Counted from the stretch's first letter, positions 17,591 to 28,311 are shown. The stretch: DNA of 64,000 nucleotides from Thermoleophilia bacterium (GCA_041393535.1 JAWKJY010000010.1:50363-114362); one strand, 5' to 3'. The notes: generated from the letters alone by a model not told the origin. Numbers and translations are program-made.

Positions 17591-20462
17591 ATGCGCCGCG
17601 TCGGGCAGCTCGTCACGCTGGTCGCCGCGCTCGCGGCCGCTCTCGCCCTGGTGTCGCCCGCGCCGAGCGCACCCGTCCTCGAGGAGTTCGTGGTCGAGCT
17701 CTCGGACGTCCCGGCCGCGGCGCGGTCGCCGGCCGCGCGCGCGACGGCGGTCCGCGACCTCGCCGCGCGGCAGCGGGCCGTCGCGAGCCGGATCCTCGCC
17801 GCCGTCCCCGGCGCCACGGTCCGCTGGCGCTACCGCCTCGTCCTGGACGGCATGGCGGTCGTCGCGCCGGCCGGCGCGCAGACCGCGCTCGGGCGGATCC
17901 CCGGCGTCGAGCGCGTCACGCCGTCCGTCACCTACCGCTCCCGGCTCGACCGCGGGCCCATCGTGATCGACGCGCCGGTGCTCTGGGGCGCAGCCCTCGG
18001 CAACGCGGGCCAGGGCGTCAAGATCGCGATCGTCGACGACGGCATCGACCAGCGGACACCCCTGCTCGCGCCGCGAGGGCTCGAGGCACCCACGGGCTTC
18101 CCGCGCGGCAACCTCTCCTACACGACCGGGCGGGTGATCGTCGCCCGCTCGTTCCCGTCCGCCTTCCAGCCCGACGGCGCCGCGCGACTGCCGTTCGACC
18201 GCCGCGAGTCCTTCCACGGAACGCACGTCGCCGGGATCGCCGCCGGGGGGAACGGCGTCGCCGTGCCCGGCTCGCGCGGGCAGCCGGCGACGACGATCTC
18301 CGGCGTCGCGCCGGCGGCCTGGCTCGGCAACTACCGCGCGCTGACCGTGCCGACCGACTCAGGCGTCGGCCTCGACGGGAACTCGCCGGAGATCCTCGCG
18401 GCGATCGAGGCCGCCGTCGCCGACGGGATGGACGTGATCAACCTGTCGATCGGCGAGCCGGAGGTCGGCCCCGGCCGCGACCTGGTCGCGATCGCGCTCG
18501 ACAACGCGGCCGCCCTGGGCGTCGTGCCCGTGGTGGCCGCGGGAAACGAGTTCGAGGCGAGCGGCAAGGGGTCCGTCTCCTCGCCGGGCTCCGCCGCTCG
18601 CGCGATCACCGTCGCGGCCGCGACGAGCGACCGCACGGTCGGCGTCGCCGGCCAGGTCGCCGCGCCCGGCGGGCCGCGCCCCGACCTCCGGCGGATCGGG
18701 CTGCTCGCCGTCTCGCTCGGCGCGTTCGACCGCGAGGTGATCGCCGGCGTGCTCGTCGTCGCGCCGCCCGGCACCGACCCGGCGCTCTGCTCGGCACCGC
18801 AGGCGGCGCGCGTCGAGGGCATCGTGCTGGCGGCGCCGGGAGGCTGCGGGCTCGCGCGCAAGGCGCGGAGCGCGGCCGCGCTCGGGGCGGACGCGCTCGT
18901 GGTCGTCCAGGCCGCGCCCGGCGACGCCGCCGCCTTCCTCCAGACCGGCCTGCCCGTCTTCGTCGCCTCGACCGACCTGGGCCCGGCGCTGCTCGCCGCC
19001 GTCCAGGCAGAGCCGACGGGCTGGGCGCTCGAGGTCGGCGCCGAGCCCGCGGAGGTGCTGACGGCCGCGGCGGGCGTGATCGCCTCCTTCTCCAGCCGCG
19101 GCCCGACCCCGCTCGGCCTGCTGCTCAAGCCCGACGTCACCGCACCCGGCGTGGGCGTGCTCTCCGCCCTGCCGGTCGGCCTCGGGCGCTTCGGCCTCCT
19201 CTCCGGGACGAGCATGGCCTCGCCCCACGTCGCCGGCGCGGCCGCGCTCCTCCTGCAGGCCCACCCCGACTGGACCGTGGAGCAGGTGCGCTCGGCGCTC
19301 GTGCTCACCGGGGGCCCGGTGTGGAGCGACGCGCGCGCGAGGGTCGAGGCGCCGGCGACGCGCCAGGGCGGCGGCCTGATCGACGTCGCCGCCGCGTCGA
19401 GCCCGCTCGTGCACGCGTCGCCGACCTCGCTCTCGCTCCGGGCTCCTCGACGCACGCGGGGCACCGCTCGCCCGGGAGGCGACCATCGCCCTCGCCGACG
19501 CCGGCGGCGGCGCCGGCACCTGGGCCGTCCGCGTCGTCGACCAGCACGCGGGGAGCGGCGCGAGGGTCGCGGTGCCCGCGACCGTCGAGGTGCCGGGGAC
19601 GCTCGCCGTCTCCGTCGCCGTCGTGGCGGGCGCCGCCGAGGGAGACCACGAGGGCTGGCTCGTGCTGGAGCGGGACGGCGTCGCACGGCGGATCCCGTTC
19701 TGGTTCCGGGTCACCCGGCCGGCGCTCGCGCTCGACGGGGCGAGGGTCGTCGGACGACGCGGACGATCGCCTCGACGACCGTCGGCCAGCCGGCGCGCGT
19801 CGCGCGGTACCGCTACCCGGAGGCGCCGACGATGCCGGCGCTCCGGGGTCGGAGGCGAGGTGTTCGTCGTCGCGGTGGGGCGCCCGGTCGCGAACGTCGG
19901 TGCGGCGATCGTCGCGCAGGGCCCCGGCGCCGACCTCCAGCCGCTCGTCCTCGTCGAGCCCGACGAGAACCGCCTCGCCGGGCCGACCGGCCTGCCGCTC
20001 GTGACGAACCCGTACCTGACCACCTTCGGCACCCCCTGGCCCGTCGCCGCGGCGCTGCGGCCCGCGCCGGGGCGGCTCGCCGTGGTCGTCGACTCCCGCT
20101 CGCGGCGCGACGCCGGCCGCTTCCGCGTGCGGATCTGGATCGACGACGTGACGCCGCCCGCCGTCCGGGTCGACCGCGTCCTCGGGCGCGATGGCGAGCT
20201 GCGGGCGCGCGCGCGGGACGCCGGCGCGGGCGTCGACCCGGGCGGGATCCGCTTCGGCATCGACGGCGGCGAGCTCCTGCTCGGCAGCTGGGACGCGGCG
20301 ACCGGCGAGGCCGTGCTCCCGATCGGCGTGCTCCGACCCGGGCGGCACCGCCTCGAGCTGCGCGTGTCCGACCGCCAGGAGTCGAAGAACAGCGAGAACA
20401 GCGGGCCGATCCTGCGCAACACGGCGATCGTGCGGACGACCTTCGTCGTCCGGACCGGCTAG
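17591..20462 (+). pseudogene. secreted S8 (subtilisin-like) serine protease with PA-type insert and C-terminal beta domains; reading frame broken at about 3 sites
   Basis: Signal peptide MRRVGQLVTLVAALAAALALV. Catalytic motifs VDDGID, HGTHVAG, GTSMASPHVAG. The frame changes near 19439 (SLSL|GLLDARGAPLAREATIALADAGGGAGTWAV), near 19750-19770 and near 19845-19855. The conserved tail ends ...RVSDRQESKNSENSGPILRNTAIVRTTFVVRTG. Length is 2872 nt, not a multiple of 3. Confidence 0.8.
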
Positions 20463-20474
20463 GGCGCGGGGACG

Positions 20475-20747
20475 CTAGCGGCGCTTGCGCCGGTCGTCCA
20501 GGTCGTCCGTCGTGACCGGGAGCCGGTCGAGGTCGCGCTGGACGCTCGCGGCGAACTCGTCCGAGTCCGGATCGGACGGGAAGCCGAAGCTCGCCTGCCC
20601 CTGGATCACGCGGAGCTTCTGCTTGCGGCGCTCGCGGTCACGGCGATCGCGCGCCTCGACGCCCAGCACCGCCCGAAGACGCGGCCACTCGGCCACCGCG
20701 ACCAGGACGACCGCTGCCGCAAGCAGCACGACGGCGATCACGCTCAC
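20475..20747 (-). CDS. small single-TM protein, unknown function
   Basis: 90 aa. N-terminal TM (VIAVVLLAAAVVLVAVA) then a charged tail. High GC3. Confidence 0.4.
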   Translation of the reverse strand: MSVIAVVLLAAAVVLVAVAEWPRLRAVLGVEARDRRDRERRKQKLRVIQGQASFGFPSDPDSDEFAASVQRDLDRLPVTTDDLDDRRKRR

Positions 20748-20865
20748 ACCGGGATTCTAGTGCAGCCCGCGCGTTCCGCCACCCCTGCCGCTCGACGCCG
20801 CACGCGCAGGGCCCGCGGCGCGATCATACGGGGGTGGACGGACACGGCGCGAGAGGGGAGGCACG

Positions 20866-22106
20866 GTGATCGCGATCGACCGGGAGCGCACGGCAGCGCG
20901 GATCGGCCGGGACGTCGAGGCGCTGGCCGGGAGCGCGTACACGCTCTCGTCCGAGGCGATCCGGCGCTACGCGTACACCGGGGCCTATGCGAGCACGCTG
21001 CGCTACTTCACGGACGCCTTCGAGGAGCTCGGCTTCGAGGTCTCGCGCGATCCCGTGGGCACCTTCGTGGCGCGCAACCGCCCGCCCGGCCAGCCGGTGT
21101 TCGGGGTCGGCTCCCACTGCGACTCCAACCGCAACGGCGGCAAGTGGGACGGGACGCTCGGCGTCGTGCTGGCGCTCGAGGTCTGCCGGCTCGCTGCCGA
21201 GCACGGCCTCGACCTGCCGCTCCAGGCGATCTCGTTCCTCGAGGAGGAGGGCTCGGGCTTCGGCCAGATGCTGCTCGGCAGCAGGATCATGCTCCAGCGC
21301 GTCACCGAGGAGGACCTGCGCGAGCGGTTCCTGGCGCAGGACGACGGACGCCCCTTCTGGGAGCACGCCGCCGAGGCGGGGATGGAGCCCGAGCGGTGGC
21401 GCGAGTCGATCCACGTGCTCGACGACCTCGTCGGCTGGATCGAGGCGCACATCGAGCAGGCGCGCGTGCTGCAGGACACGGGCAACCGGATCGGGATCGT
21501 GAGCGCGATCGCGGGCTACGTCCACGCCGACGTCACCGTGCGGGGCCGCGGCGACCACGCGGGCGCGACGCCGATGGACTTCCGGATCGACCCGGGCCCC
21601 GTCGTCGCGGAGTGCGTCCTCGAGCTCGAGCGGCTCGCCCGCGCGGCGGGCAAGGGCACCGTCGGCACCGTGGGCGAGATCGAGGTCGACCCCGGCCTGA
21701 TCAACGCGATCCCGGCGGCGATCCGCTTCTCCCTCGACATCCGGGGGCGGACGACGACGCCTACCGGGGCGTCTGGCGCGACATCTCGGCCTTCGCGGTC
21801 GAGGCGGCCGCCCGCCGCGGCGCCGAGGCCGTCCCGGTCGAGCGCCAGCGGCTGCCGGCGACGCCGCTCGACGCGCGCGTGGTCGCCGCGCTCGAGGAGG
21901 CCGCGCGAGCGACGGGCGAGCCGACGCTGACGATGCACTCCGGCGCCGCGCACGACACGATGTGCGTCGCGGCGCGGGTGCCGAGCGCGATGGTCTTCGT
22001 CCCCTGCCGGGACGGGATCAGCCACCACCCGGACGAGGACGCCGACCCCGCGGACGCCGCGCTCGCGGCCGAGGTGATGCTGAACGCGATCGCCGCGCTG
22101 GTCTAG
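20866..22106 (+). pseudogene. M20-family Zn amidohydrolase (allantoate amidohydrolase / N-carbamoyl-L-amino-acid hydrolase type) with one -1 frame change
   Basis: N-terminal part GVGSHCDSNRNGGKWDGTLGV...FLEEEGSGFG...RGRGDHAGATPM in frame 1. After the G-run at 21743-21747 the conserved C-terminal part (ADDDAYRGVWRDI...MHSGAAHDTM...FVPCRDGISHHPDE) continues in frame 0. Confidence 0.8.
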
Positions 22107-22157
22107 GGGCGTGCCCGGGCGGCGCGGAAGGCCCTTTCCGGACGGCCCCCTCGGCGC

Positions 22158-23402
22158 CTACGCGCCCTGGGGGCTGTTCGCCCGCTGCAGCGACTCGGTC
22201 AGCGCGTCGAGGGCGGTGAGCGCCTCGAGGCGGCGGCGCGCGGCCGAGTCCTCCGCCGAGCCCGCGTACCAGGCGCGGAGCTCGTCGAGCGAGATCGCCT
22301 GGGACGCGAGCACCTGGTTCAGGTCGGCGAGCCGCGAGAAGAAGTCGGGGAGCAGCTGGGACTCGAGCTCCTCGAAGGGATCGGACCCGCCGCCGACGTC
22401 GGTCAGGTGGAGGCCCTGCTCGTCGACGCGGATCTCGCCCGAGGCGAGCAGGGCGAGCATCAGGTCGACGATCGACGGGTCCCACTGGGCGCCGCGGCCG
22501 CGCTCGAGCTCGCCGAGGATCGCCTCGCGGTCGAGCGGGTCGCGGTAGGGGCGCTTCGCGGACATCGCCTCGACGGCGTCCGCGACGGCGACGATGCGGG
22601 CCGCGAGCGGGATCTCCTCGCCGGCGAGGCCGTCCGGGTACCCGCCCTCGCCGCCGTCCCAGCGCTCGTGGTGGTGGCGGACGACGCCGCGGGCCGGCGC
22701 GAGCGCGTCGAGCGGCTCGAGCAGGCGGTCGCCGATCACGGTGTGCGAGCGCATCAGCTCGCGCTCGTCCGGGTCGAGCGGGCCGGGCTTGAGCAGGACG
22801 CGGTCGGGGATGCCGATCTTGCCGATGTCGTGGAGGATCGCCCCCAGGCGGATCGTCTCGAGCTGCGTGCGCGGCAGGCCGAGCGCGAGGCCCATCCGCA
22901 CGGCGAGCACTGCGAGGCGCTCGGTGTGGCCGCCCGTGCCGGAGTCGCGGGCCTCGATCGCGTTCGCGAGGGCGCTCGTCAGCGTCGGCGCGAGGGCCTT
23001 CTCGCGCACCTCGCGCTCGCTCGCCGCCGCCCGGTCGAGCACGGCCGCGACGGCGTCGCGCAGCTCCTGGTGCGAGAACGGCTTGGCGATCAGCCCGGCG
23101 GCGCCGCGTGCGAGCGCCTCGGAGAGGTTGTCCTCCGTTCCTGCGCCCGTGATCAGCAGCACGGGCAGGCTGGGCCGGCGGGAGCGGACCTCCTCCAGCA
23201 GCTCGAAGCCGGTCAGGCCGGGCATCACGATGTCCGAGATGACGAGGCCGATCGACTCGTCGGCGAGCAGCTCGAGCGCGCGCTGCGGCGTCTCGGCGGC
23301 CACGGCCTCGTAGCCGGTCACCATCAGGATCTCGACGACCAGGCTGCGGACGATGTCCTCGTCGTCGATGACGAGGATGGTGCGGCTCTCCCCCGTGCTC
23401 AT
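22158..23402 (-). CDS. response regulator (REC) with HD-GYP c-di-GMP phosphodiesterase domain and an extra C-terminal tail
   Basis: Start ATG 23402 (ATGA overlap with the upstream stop). REC ILVIDDEDIV...VISDIVMPGLTG. HD-GYP: LHDIGKIGIP, HHERWDGG..GYPDGL. Confidence 0.9.
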   Translation of the reverse strand: MSTGESRTILVIDDEDIVRSLVVEILMVTGYEAVAAETPQRALELLADESIGLVISDIVMPGLTGFELLEEVRSRRPSLPVLLITGAGTEDNLSEALARGAAGLIAKPFSHQELRDAVAAVLDRAAASEREVREKALAPTLTSALANAIEARDSGTGGHTERLAVLAVRMGLALGLPRTQLETIRLGAILHDIGKIGIPDRVLLKPGPLDPDERELMRSHTVIGDRLLEPLDALAPARGVVRHHHERWDGGEGGYPDGLAGEEIPLAARIVAVADAVEAMSAKRPYRDPLDREAILGELERGRGAQWDPSIVDLMLALLASGEIRVDEQGLHLTDVGGGSDPFEELESQLLPDFFSRLADLNQVLASQAISLDELRAWYAGSAEDSAARRRLEALTALDALTESLQRANSPQGA

Positions 23403-24442
23403 CGCTCGGCGGTGGCGTGCGGCCGGCGGCGGGCGCGGTCGACGAGGTCGTCCGGCAGGATCGCGGTGGCCCGGTCGTCGCCACCCGCGGCGAGCTCCAG
23501 GGCGTGCGCCACGAGGTCGACGATCGTCGGGTCCCACTGGGAGCCGCGCCCGCGCGACAGCTCGCCCAGCACGTCGTCGACGTCGAGCGCGTCGCGGTAC
23601 GGGCGCGCGGCGGTCATCGCCTCGACCGCGTCCGCGAGCGCGACGATCCGCGCGGCCAGCGGGATCTGCTCGCCGGCGAGCCCGTCCGGGTAGCCGGAGC
23701 CGTCCCACCGCTCGTGGTGGTGGCGGACGGCGGGACGGGCGGCGGAGAGCGCGTCGAGCGGCTCGAGCATCCAGTCGCCGATCAGCGTGTGGCGCCGCAT
23801 CAGCTCGAGCTCGGACGGCTCGAGCGGGCCCTCCTTGAGGAGGATCGAGTCCGGGATGCCGATCTTCCCCACGTCGTGCAGGAGCGCGCCCAGCCTGACC
23901 GACTCGAGCTCGTCGTCGGGGAGCCCGAGGCAGCCCGCGAGCTTCACGGCGATGTCGGCGAGCCGCTCCGTGTGGCCGCCGGTGATCGAGTCGCGCACCT
24001 CGATCGCGTTCGCGAGGGCGCTCGTCAGCGTCGGCGCGAGGGCGCGGTGGCGCACCTCCTGCTCGCTCGCCGCGGCGCGCTGGAGCACGGCGTCGACCGC
24101 GTCGACGATCTCGCGCTGGGTGAACGGCTTCGGGATCAGGCCGGCCGCGCCGCGGGCGAGCGCCTCGGTGAGGTTCTCCTCCGTCCCGGCGCCGGTGACG
24201 AGCAGCACGGGCAGGCTCGGCCGCGCCGAGCGCATCTCCTCGAGCAGCTCGAAGCCCGTCAGGCCCGGCATCACGATGTCGGAGATGACGAGCCGGATCC
24301 GCGGGTCGACGAGCAGCTCGAGCGCGCGCTGCGGCGTCTCGGCCGGGATCACGGTGTGCCCCGCCAGCTCGAGCATCTCGCAGATCAGGCTGCGGACGAT
24401 GTCCTCGTCGTCGATCACGAGGATCGTCGTCGGGCGCCTCAC
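23399..24442 (-). CDS. response regulator (REC) with HD-GYP domain, paralogue of 22158..23402
   Basis: GTG 24442 (GTGA overlap with the kinase stop). LHDVGKIGIP, HHERWDGSGYPDGL. Confidence 0.9.
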   Translation of the reverse strand: MRRPTTILVIDDEDIVRSLICEMLELAGHTVIPAETPQRALELLVDPRIRLVISDIVMPGLTGFELLEEMRSARPSLPVLLVTGAGTEENLTEALARGAAGLIPKPFTQREIVDAVDAVLQRAAASEQEVRHRALAPTLTSALANAIEVRDSITGGHTERLADIAVKLAGCLGLPDDELESVRLGALLHDVGKIGIPDSILLKEGPLEPSELELMRRHTLIGDWMLEPLDALSAARPAVRHHHERWDGSGYPDGLAGEQIPLAARIVALADAVEAMTAARPYRDALDVDDVLGELSRGRGSQWDPTIVDLVAHALELAAGGDDRATAILPDDLVDRARRRPHATAER

Positions 24443-26271
24443 TGGACGGCCTCCACGGGGTTGACGATCGGCAGGACGAGCGTGAAGGTCGCGCCCTCGC
24501 CGGCGGGCGAGACGACCGAGAGGTCGCCGCCGTGCATGTGGGCGATGCCGAGCGAGACCGAGAGGCCGAGGCCCGTCCCGCCCATCTCCCGCTTCGTCGT
24601 GAAGAACGGCTCGAAGATCCGGGTCTGGATCTCCTCCTCGATGCCCGAGCCCGTGTCGCGGACGGCCGCGTGCACCCAGCCGTCCTCACGCATCAGCTCG
24701 ATCGTGATCGACCCGCCGCCGGGCATCGCCTGCTGCGCGTTCGTGATCAGGTTGAGGAAGATCTGCTTGAGCCGGTTCGCGCTGCCCTCGACGAGGAAGG
24801 GCCCGTCGCCGAAGCGCTCGACGATCTCGACGTCCTTCGCCAGGCTCGTCCGGCGGACCAGCTCGAGCGTGTTGCGGACGACGTCGTCGAGCAGCACGAG
24901 CGTGTGCTCGTCCGTGCGCTCGCGCGCGAAGTCGAGCAGCGCGCGCACGATCTCCTTGATCTCCAGCCCGGTCTGCTGGATCAGCTGCAGCCGCTCGAAG
25001 CGCTTCGTCCCCTCCTCGGCGTCGAGGAGCAGGAACTCCACCATGCCGAGGATCGCGAAGAGCGGGTTGTTGATCTCGTGGGCGACGCCGGCGGCGAGCT
25101 CGCCGAGCGCGGCGAGCTTGCCGCTCTGGACGAGCTGGCGCTCGAGGCGGCGCCGCTCGGAGAGGTCGCTGACGAGCGAGACCTGCGCCGCGGGCACGCC
25201 GTCCGCCGCGCGGATCAGGAGCGTGACGATCTCGACGGGCACGACGTTGCCGCTCCGCTGGCGGAACCGGTCCTCGCTGCGCGTGGTCGCACCGGCGGCC
25301 GTGCCCGGCTCGGCCGGCTCGGCCGCGTCCTGCCAGGGGTACGGCGGGCGGGCGCCGATCACCTCGCCGCTCGGGAAGCCGAGCAGCTCGTAGAACGTCC
25401 GGTTGACGGTCAGCACCTCGCGGGTCTCCGGGTCGGAGACGAGGACGGCGATGGGGAGCGCCTCGAACAGCTCCTCGAGGAACCGCTCGGTCAGGAGCTC
25501 CCGGTTGTGCTCGCGCGTCACGTCGCGGAACAGCCAGACGGTCGCGCTCGGCGTCCCCTCCTGCGGCGGGATCGGCGCGACCGTGCCGGCGAAGACGCGC
25601 TCGACGCCGTCGAGGCGGGTCGCGCGCAGCCGGAAGGACTGGGCGGCGCCGGTGCGGAGGGCGGCCGCGTCGGGGAGCTCGTCCGCGGGGACGGGATCGC
25701 CGTCGATCGTGCGCGGGTCGAGCCGCTCGAGCGGCGGCACGACCGCGCCGCGCAGGCCGAGCAGCTCGCGCGCGGCCGCGTTGGCGACGGCGCCCGGCCC
25801 GGCGCAGAGGACGAGGCCGTCCGCGATCGCCTCGACCGCGGCGGCGTGTGGCGCGAGCGCCGGGTCGGGCGCCGCGGCGAGCGCGAGGGCGACGCCCGCG
25901 GCGACGCCCTCCACGAGCAGCGGGTCGAGGACGGCCGACGCGGCCAGCTCGAGCGCGCCGACGAGGGCGCCGTCCTCGAGCAGCGGCGCGATCACCCGCG
26001 CGGGCTCGACGACCGGGCTGCCGCCGGCGAGCGCCGCGGGGGCCGGCAGCGGGCCGCCCGCGTCGCCGGCGACGAGGACGAGGCCGTCCCCGACCAGCCG
26101 GTGCACGGCGCCGCCGCGGACGCCCTCGGACGCGAGCGCGTCGAGCGCCCGCGGCAGCGAGGCGGCGAGCGGCGCGCCGGCGAGGGCGCGCAGGGCGGCG
26201 ACGAGCGCGGGCGTCACGCCGACCCCGTCGTCCGGGGGCGCGTGGACCACCGCAGGTGCTCCGCGGGACAT
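24439..26271 (-). CDS. soluble sensor histidine kinase (N-terminal GAF-like region, PAS, HisKA, HATPase_c)
   Basis: Start moved to MSRGAP (ATG 26271). H-box AAGVAHEINNPL, N-box LNLITNAQQA, G-boxes DTGSGI / GTGLGLS. No TM segment seen. Confidence 0.9.
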   Translation of the reverse strand: MSRGAPAVVHAPPDDGVGVTPALVAALRALAGAPLAASLPRALDALASEGVRGGAVHRLVGDGLVLVAGDAGGPLPAPAALAGGSPVVEPARVIAPLLEDGALVGALELAASAVLDPLLVEGVAAGVALALAAAPDPALAPHAAAVEAIADGLVLCAGPGAVANAAARELLGLRGAVVPPLERLDPRTIDGDPVPADELPDAAALRTGAAQSFRLRATRLDGVERVFAGTVAPIPPQEGTPSATVWLFRDVTREHNRELLTERFLEELFEALPIAVLVSDPETREVLTVNRTFYELLGFPSGEVIGARPPYPWQDAAEPAEPGTAAGATTRSEDRFRQRSGNVVPVEIVTLLIRAADGVPAAQVSLVSDLSERRRLERQLVQSGKLAALGELAAGVAHEINNPLFAILGMVEFLLLDAEEGTKRFERLQLIQQTGLEIKEIVRALLDFARERTDEHTLVLLDDVVRNTLELVRRTSLAKDVEIVERFGDGPFLVEGSANRLKQIFLNLITNAQQAMPGGGSITIELMREDGWVHAAVRDTGSGIEEEIQTRIFEPFFTTKREMGGTGLGLSVSLGIAHMHGGDLSVVSPAGEGATFTLVLPIVNPVEAVQ

Positions 26272-26412
26272 GCTCGAATCCCGTCTCGCCGGCGGGGAGC
26301 GGAATCCCTTGCTCGGCGTGAGACGGCTCGCACAGATCGGGGAACGCCGATCGGTGAGCGGCCGCAGCCGGAGCCTCAGCACCCGACAACTGTAGTCCAG
26401 CGGCCGGGCGGC

Positions 26413-26715
26413 TCACGCGCGTCCACCGAGAGCCCGGCGCCGCCGGTCGGCGTCGGCGCGGCGGTCGAGCCGATAGGCCCAGACGAGCGCCTCGGCGACG
26501 GCCTCGTAGAGCTCCGGCGCGATCTCGTGCCCGAGGTCGAGCAGCGCGAGCGCCTCCGCCAGCATCGGGTCCTCGCGCACGGGGACGCCGGCCTCGCGGG
26601 CGACCTCCAGGATCTTGTCCGCGATCCTGCCCTTCCCGGACGCGACGACCTTCGGAGCTCCCTCGCCCTCGTAGCGCAGCGCCGTCGCCCGGCGCTGGCC
26701 CTCACGCGTAGGCAT
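26413..26715 (-). CDS. stand-alone FlhB C-terminal-domain protein (FlhX/YlqH-like)
   Basis: 100 aa aligning with the post-NPTH part of FlhB (ALRYEGEGAPKVVASGKGRIADKILEVAREAGVPVREDPMLAEAL...PELYEAVAEALVWAY). Compare the full FlhB at 44345..45415. Confidence 0.8.
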   Translation of the reverse strand: MPTREGQRRATALRYEGEGAPKVVASGKGRIADKILEVAREAGVPVREDPMLAEALALLDLGHEIAPELYEAVAEALVWAYRLDRRADADRRRRALGGRA

Positions 26716-27422
26716 CGATCCCGCCTCCCGAGCGCGGTGGCCGGGGCCGGGCCTCGGTCGCCGCGCGCGCCCCGACGTCCACGCGGGCGGCGCCGGGCGC
26801 CGCGCGCTCGAGCGCGCGTGCCAGGTCGGGCGCCGCCTCGGCCGCGAGCGCGGCTGCCTCGCCCGGCTCGACGAGGACGCGCGCGTCGAGCACGCCGGCG
26901 ACGAGCTCCAGGCGGATCTCGATCGGGCCGAGGGTCGGCGAGTGGAGGACGAGCCGCGCGGTCGCCCCTCCGCCGCGCCGCCCGTGCCGCTCTCGTCCGC
27001 GTCGACCTCGACGGTGGCGGCACGGCCCTCCGGCAGCGGCAGCGCCCGCCCGCGAGCGCGAGCGCGGCCCGGAGCAGGTCGCCGTCGCCCCGGAGCGCGA
27101 GCGCCGAGGCGAGCTGGGCGGCGACCGCCTCGTCGTCGCCCGCCGCGGCCTCCCGGCGGATCCGAAGGACGACGCGGCCGGCGTCGGCGCCGTCGACCAC
27201 GAGCGGCAGGCGCATCCCGGGCTGCAGGCCGGCGGGCAGCTCGGCGCGCACGAGCGCGCCCGCGAGCGCGAGCAGGCCGCGGCCGCCGTTGGCCGGCGAG
27301 GCGACCACGCGCGCGACGACCTCCGCGCCGAGGCGCAGGAGCAGCCCGTCCTCGACCACGACGGAGGCGCCGGCCGGGGGCGCGACAACCTGCGGGACGG
27401 GCACGGGCGCGATGGGCTGCAG
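26702..27422 (-). pseudogene. short FliK-like hook-length-control-domain protein; frame broken twice, start uncertain
   Basis: C-terminus LVLHSPTLGPIEIRLELVAGVLDARVLVEPGEAA (Flg_hook-type). The N-terminal part is in another frame (ELQPIAPVPVPQ...LRGDGDLLRAALALAGG). The linker ALPLPEGRAATVEVDADESGTGGAAEG is in the third frame (junctions near 27045 and 26965). Start is CTG 27422 or GTG 27404. Confidence 0.55.
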
Positions 27423-27450
27423 CTCAACTCCTCTCGTCCCCGGCCGACTA
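27423..27450 (+). promoter_or_regulatory. sigma-28-type promoter candidate upstream of the first rod gene
   Basis: CTCAAC-N14-GCCGACTA, 37 nt before ATG 27488. Confidence 0.5.
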
Positions 27451-27487
27451 CGCGGGCCGAGGGATCGTCGTCCCCTCTCATCGACCA

Positions 27488-28219
27488 ATGGAACGCGGTC
27501 TGTACATCGCAGCCACGGGGATGCTCGCCGAGCAGGTCCGCCAGGACCAGATCGCGAACGACCTCGCCAACGTCTCGACCACCGGGTACAAGGGCGACCG
27601 GGCGGTGCAGGCGAGCTTCGCCGACCTCCTGCTCGCGAACCGGGAGAACGGCGCGACCGTCGGCCCGATCTCGCTCGGCGCCCAGGTCACGGAGATCGTC
27701 ACCGATCTCGACCAGGGCCCCCTCCGCGAGACCGGCGAGCCGCTCGACGTCGCGCTCGAGGGCGAGGGCTTCCTCGTCGTCCAGACCCCGAACGGCGTCC
27801 GCTACACGCGCGACGGCCAGCTCGAGGTCGACGCGAACGGCCAGCTGCGGACCGCCACCGGCGGGCACCAGGTGCTCGACCAGAACGGCAACCCGATCAC
27901 GCTGTCCTCCACCGAGGGCGTCGCGATCGGGCCCGACGGGGCGATCACCATCGGCACCACCGCCGTCGGGACGCTCGGCGTCGTCTCGCTGACCGGGGCA
28001 CAGAAGGAGGGCGACTCGCTCTTCACGGGCACGGCCGGCGCGCGACCCGAGGCCACGACGCTCCGCCAGGGCTTCCTCGAGGGCTCCGGCGCGGACGCCG
28101 CCCGCTCCATGGTCGACATGATCGTCTCCCTGCGCGCGTACGAAGCGAGCCAGCGCGTGCTGCGGACGATCGACGACACGCTCGGTCGCGCCGTCAACGC
28201 CGGCTCCACCAGTGCGTAA
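27488..28219 (+). CDS. flagellar basal-body rod protein (FlgF/FlgG family)
   Basis: MERGLYIAATGMLAEQVRQDQIANDLANVSTTGYK N-terminus and GFLEGS...MVDMIVSLRAYEA C-terminus. Confidence 0.85.
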   Translation: MERGLYIAATGMLAEQVRQDQIANDLANVSTTGYKGDRAVQASFADLLLANRENGATVGPISLGAQVTEIVTDLDQGPLRETGEPLDVALEGEGFLVVQTPNGVRYTRDGQLEVDANGQLRTATGGHQVLDQNGNPITLSSTEGVAIGPDGAITIGTTAVGTLGVVSLTGAQKEGDSLFTGTAGARPEATTLRQGFLEGSGADAARSMVDMIVSLRAYEASQRVLRTIDDTLGRAVNAGSTSA

Positions 28220-28283
28220 CGGGGCGCGCTCGCCCCTCGCCGCGCGCCACCCGATGGCCGGCGCGAAATCACCCTTTCGGGTC

Positions 28284-28311
28284 CTCAACGGCTCCGGCGC
28301 CCGGTCGATCA
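28284..28311 (+). promoter_or_regulatory. sigma-28-type promoter candidate upstream of flgG
   Basis: CTCAAC-N14-GTCGATCA, 112 nt before ATG 28424. Confidence 0.5.

Noticed and set aside
27455-27470. GAGGGATC in the first rod-gene leader shares a 9-mer with the 26-nt GCGCAGGATCCCTCGA motif (opposite strand sense).
   Set aside because: Only 9 nt match, in the other orientation relative to the gene. This is compatible with chance.
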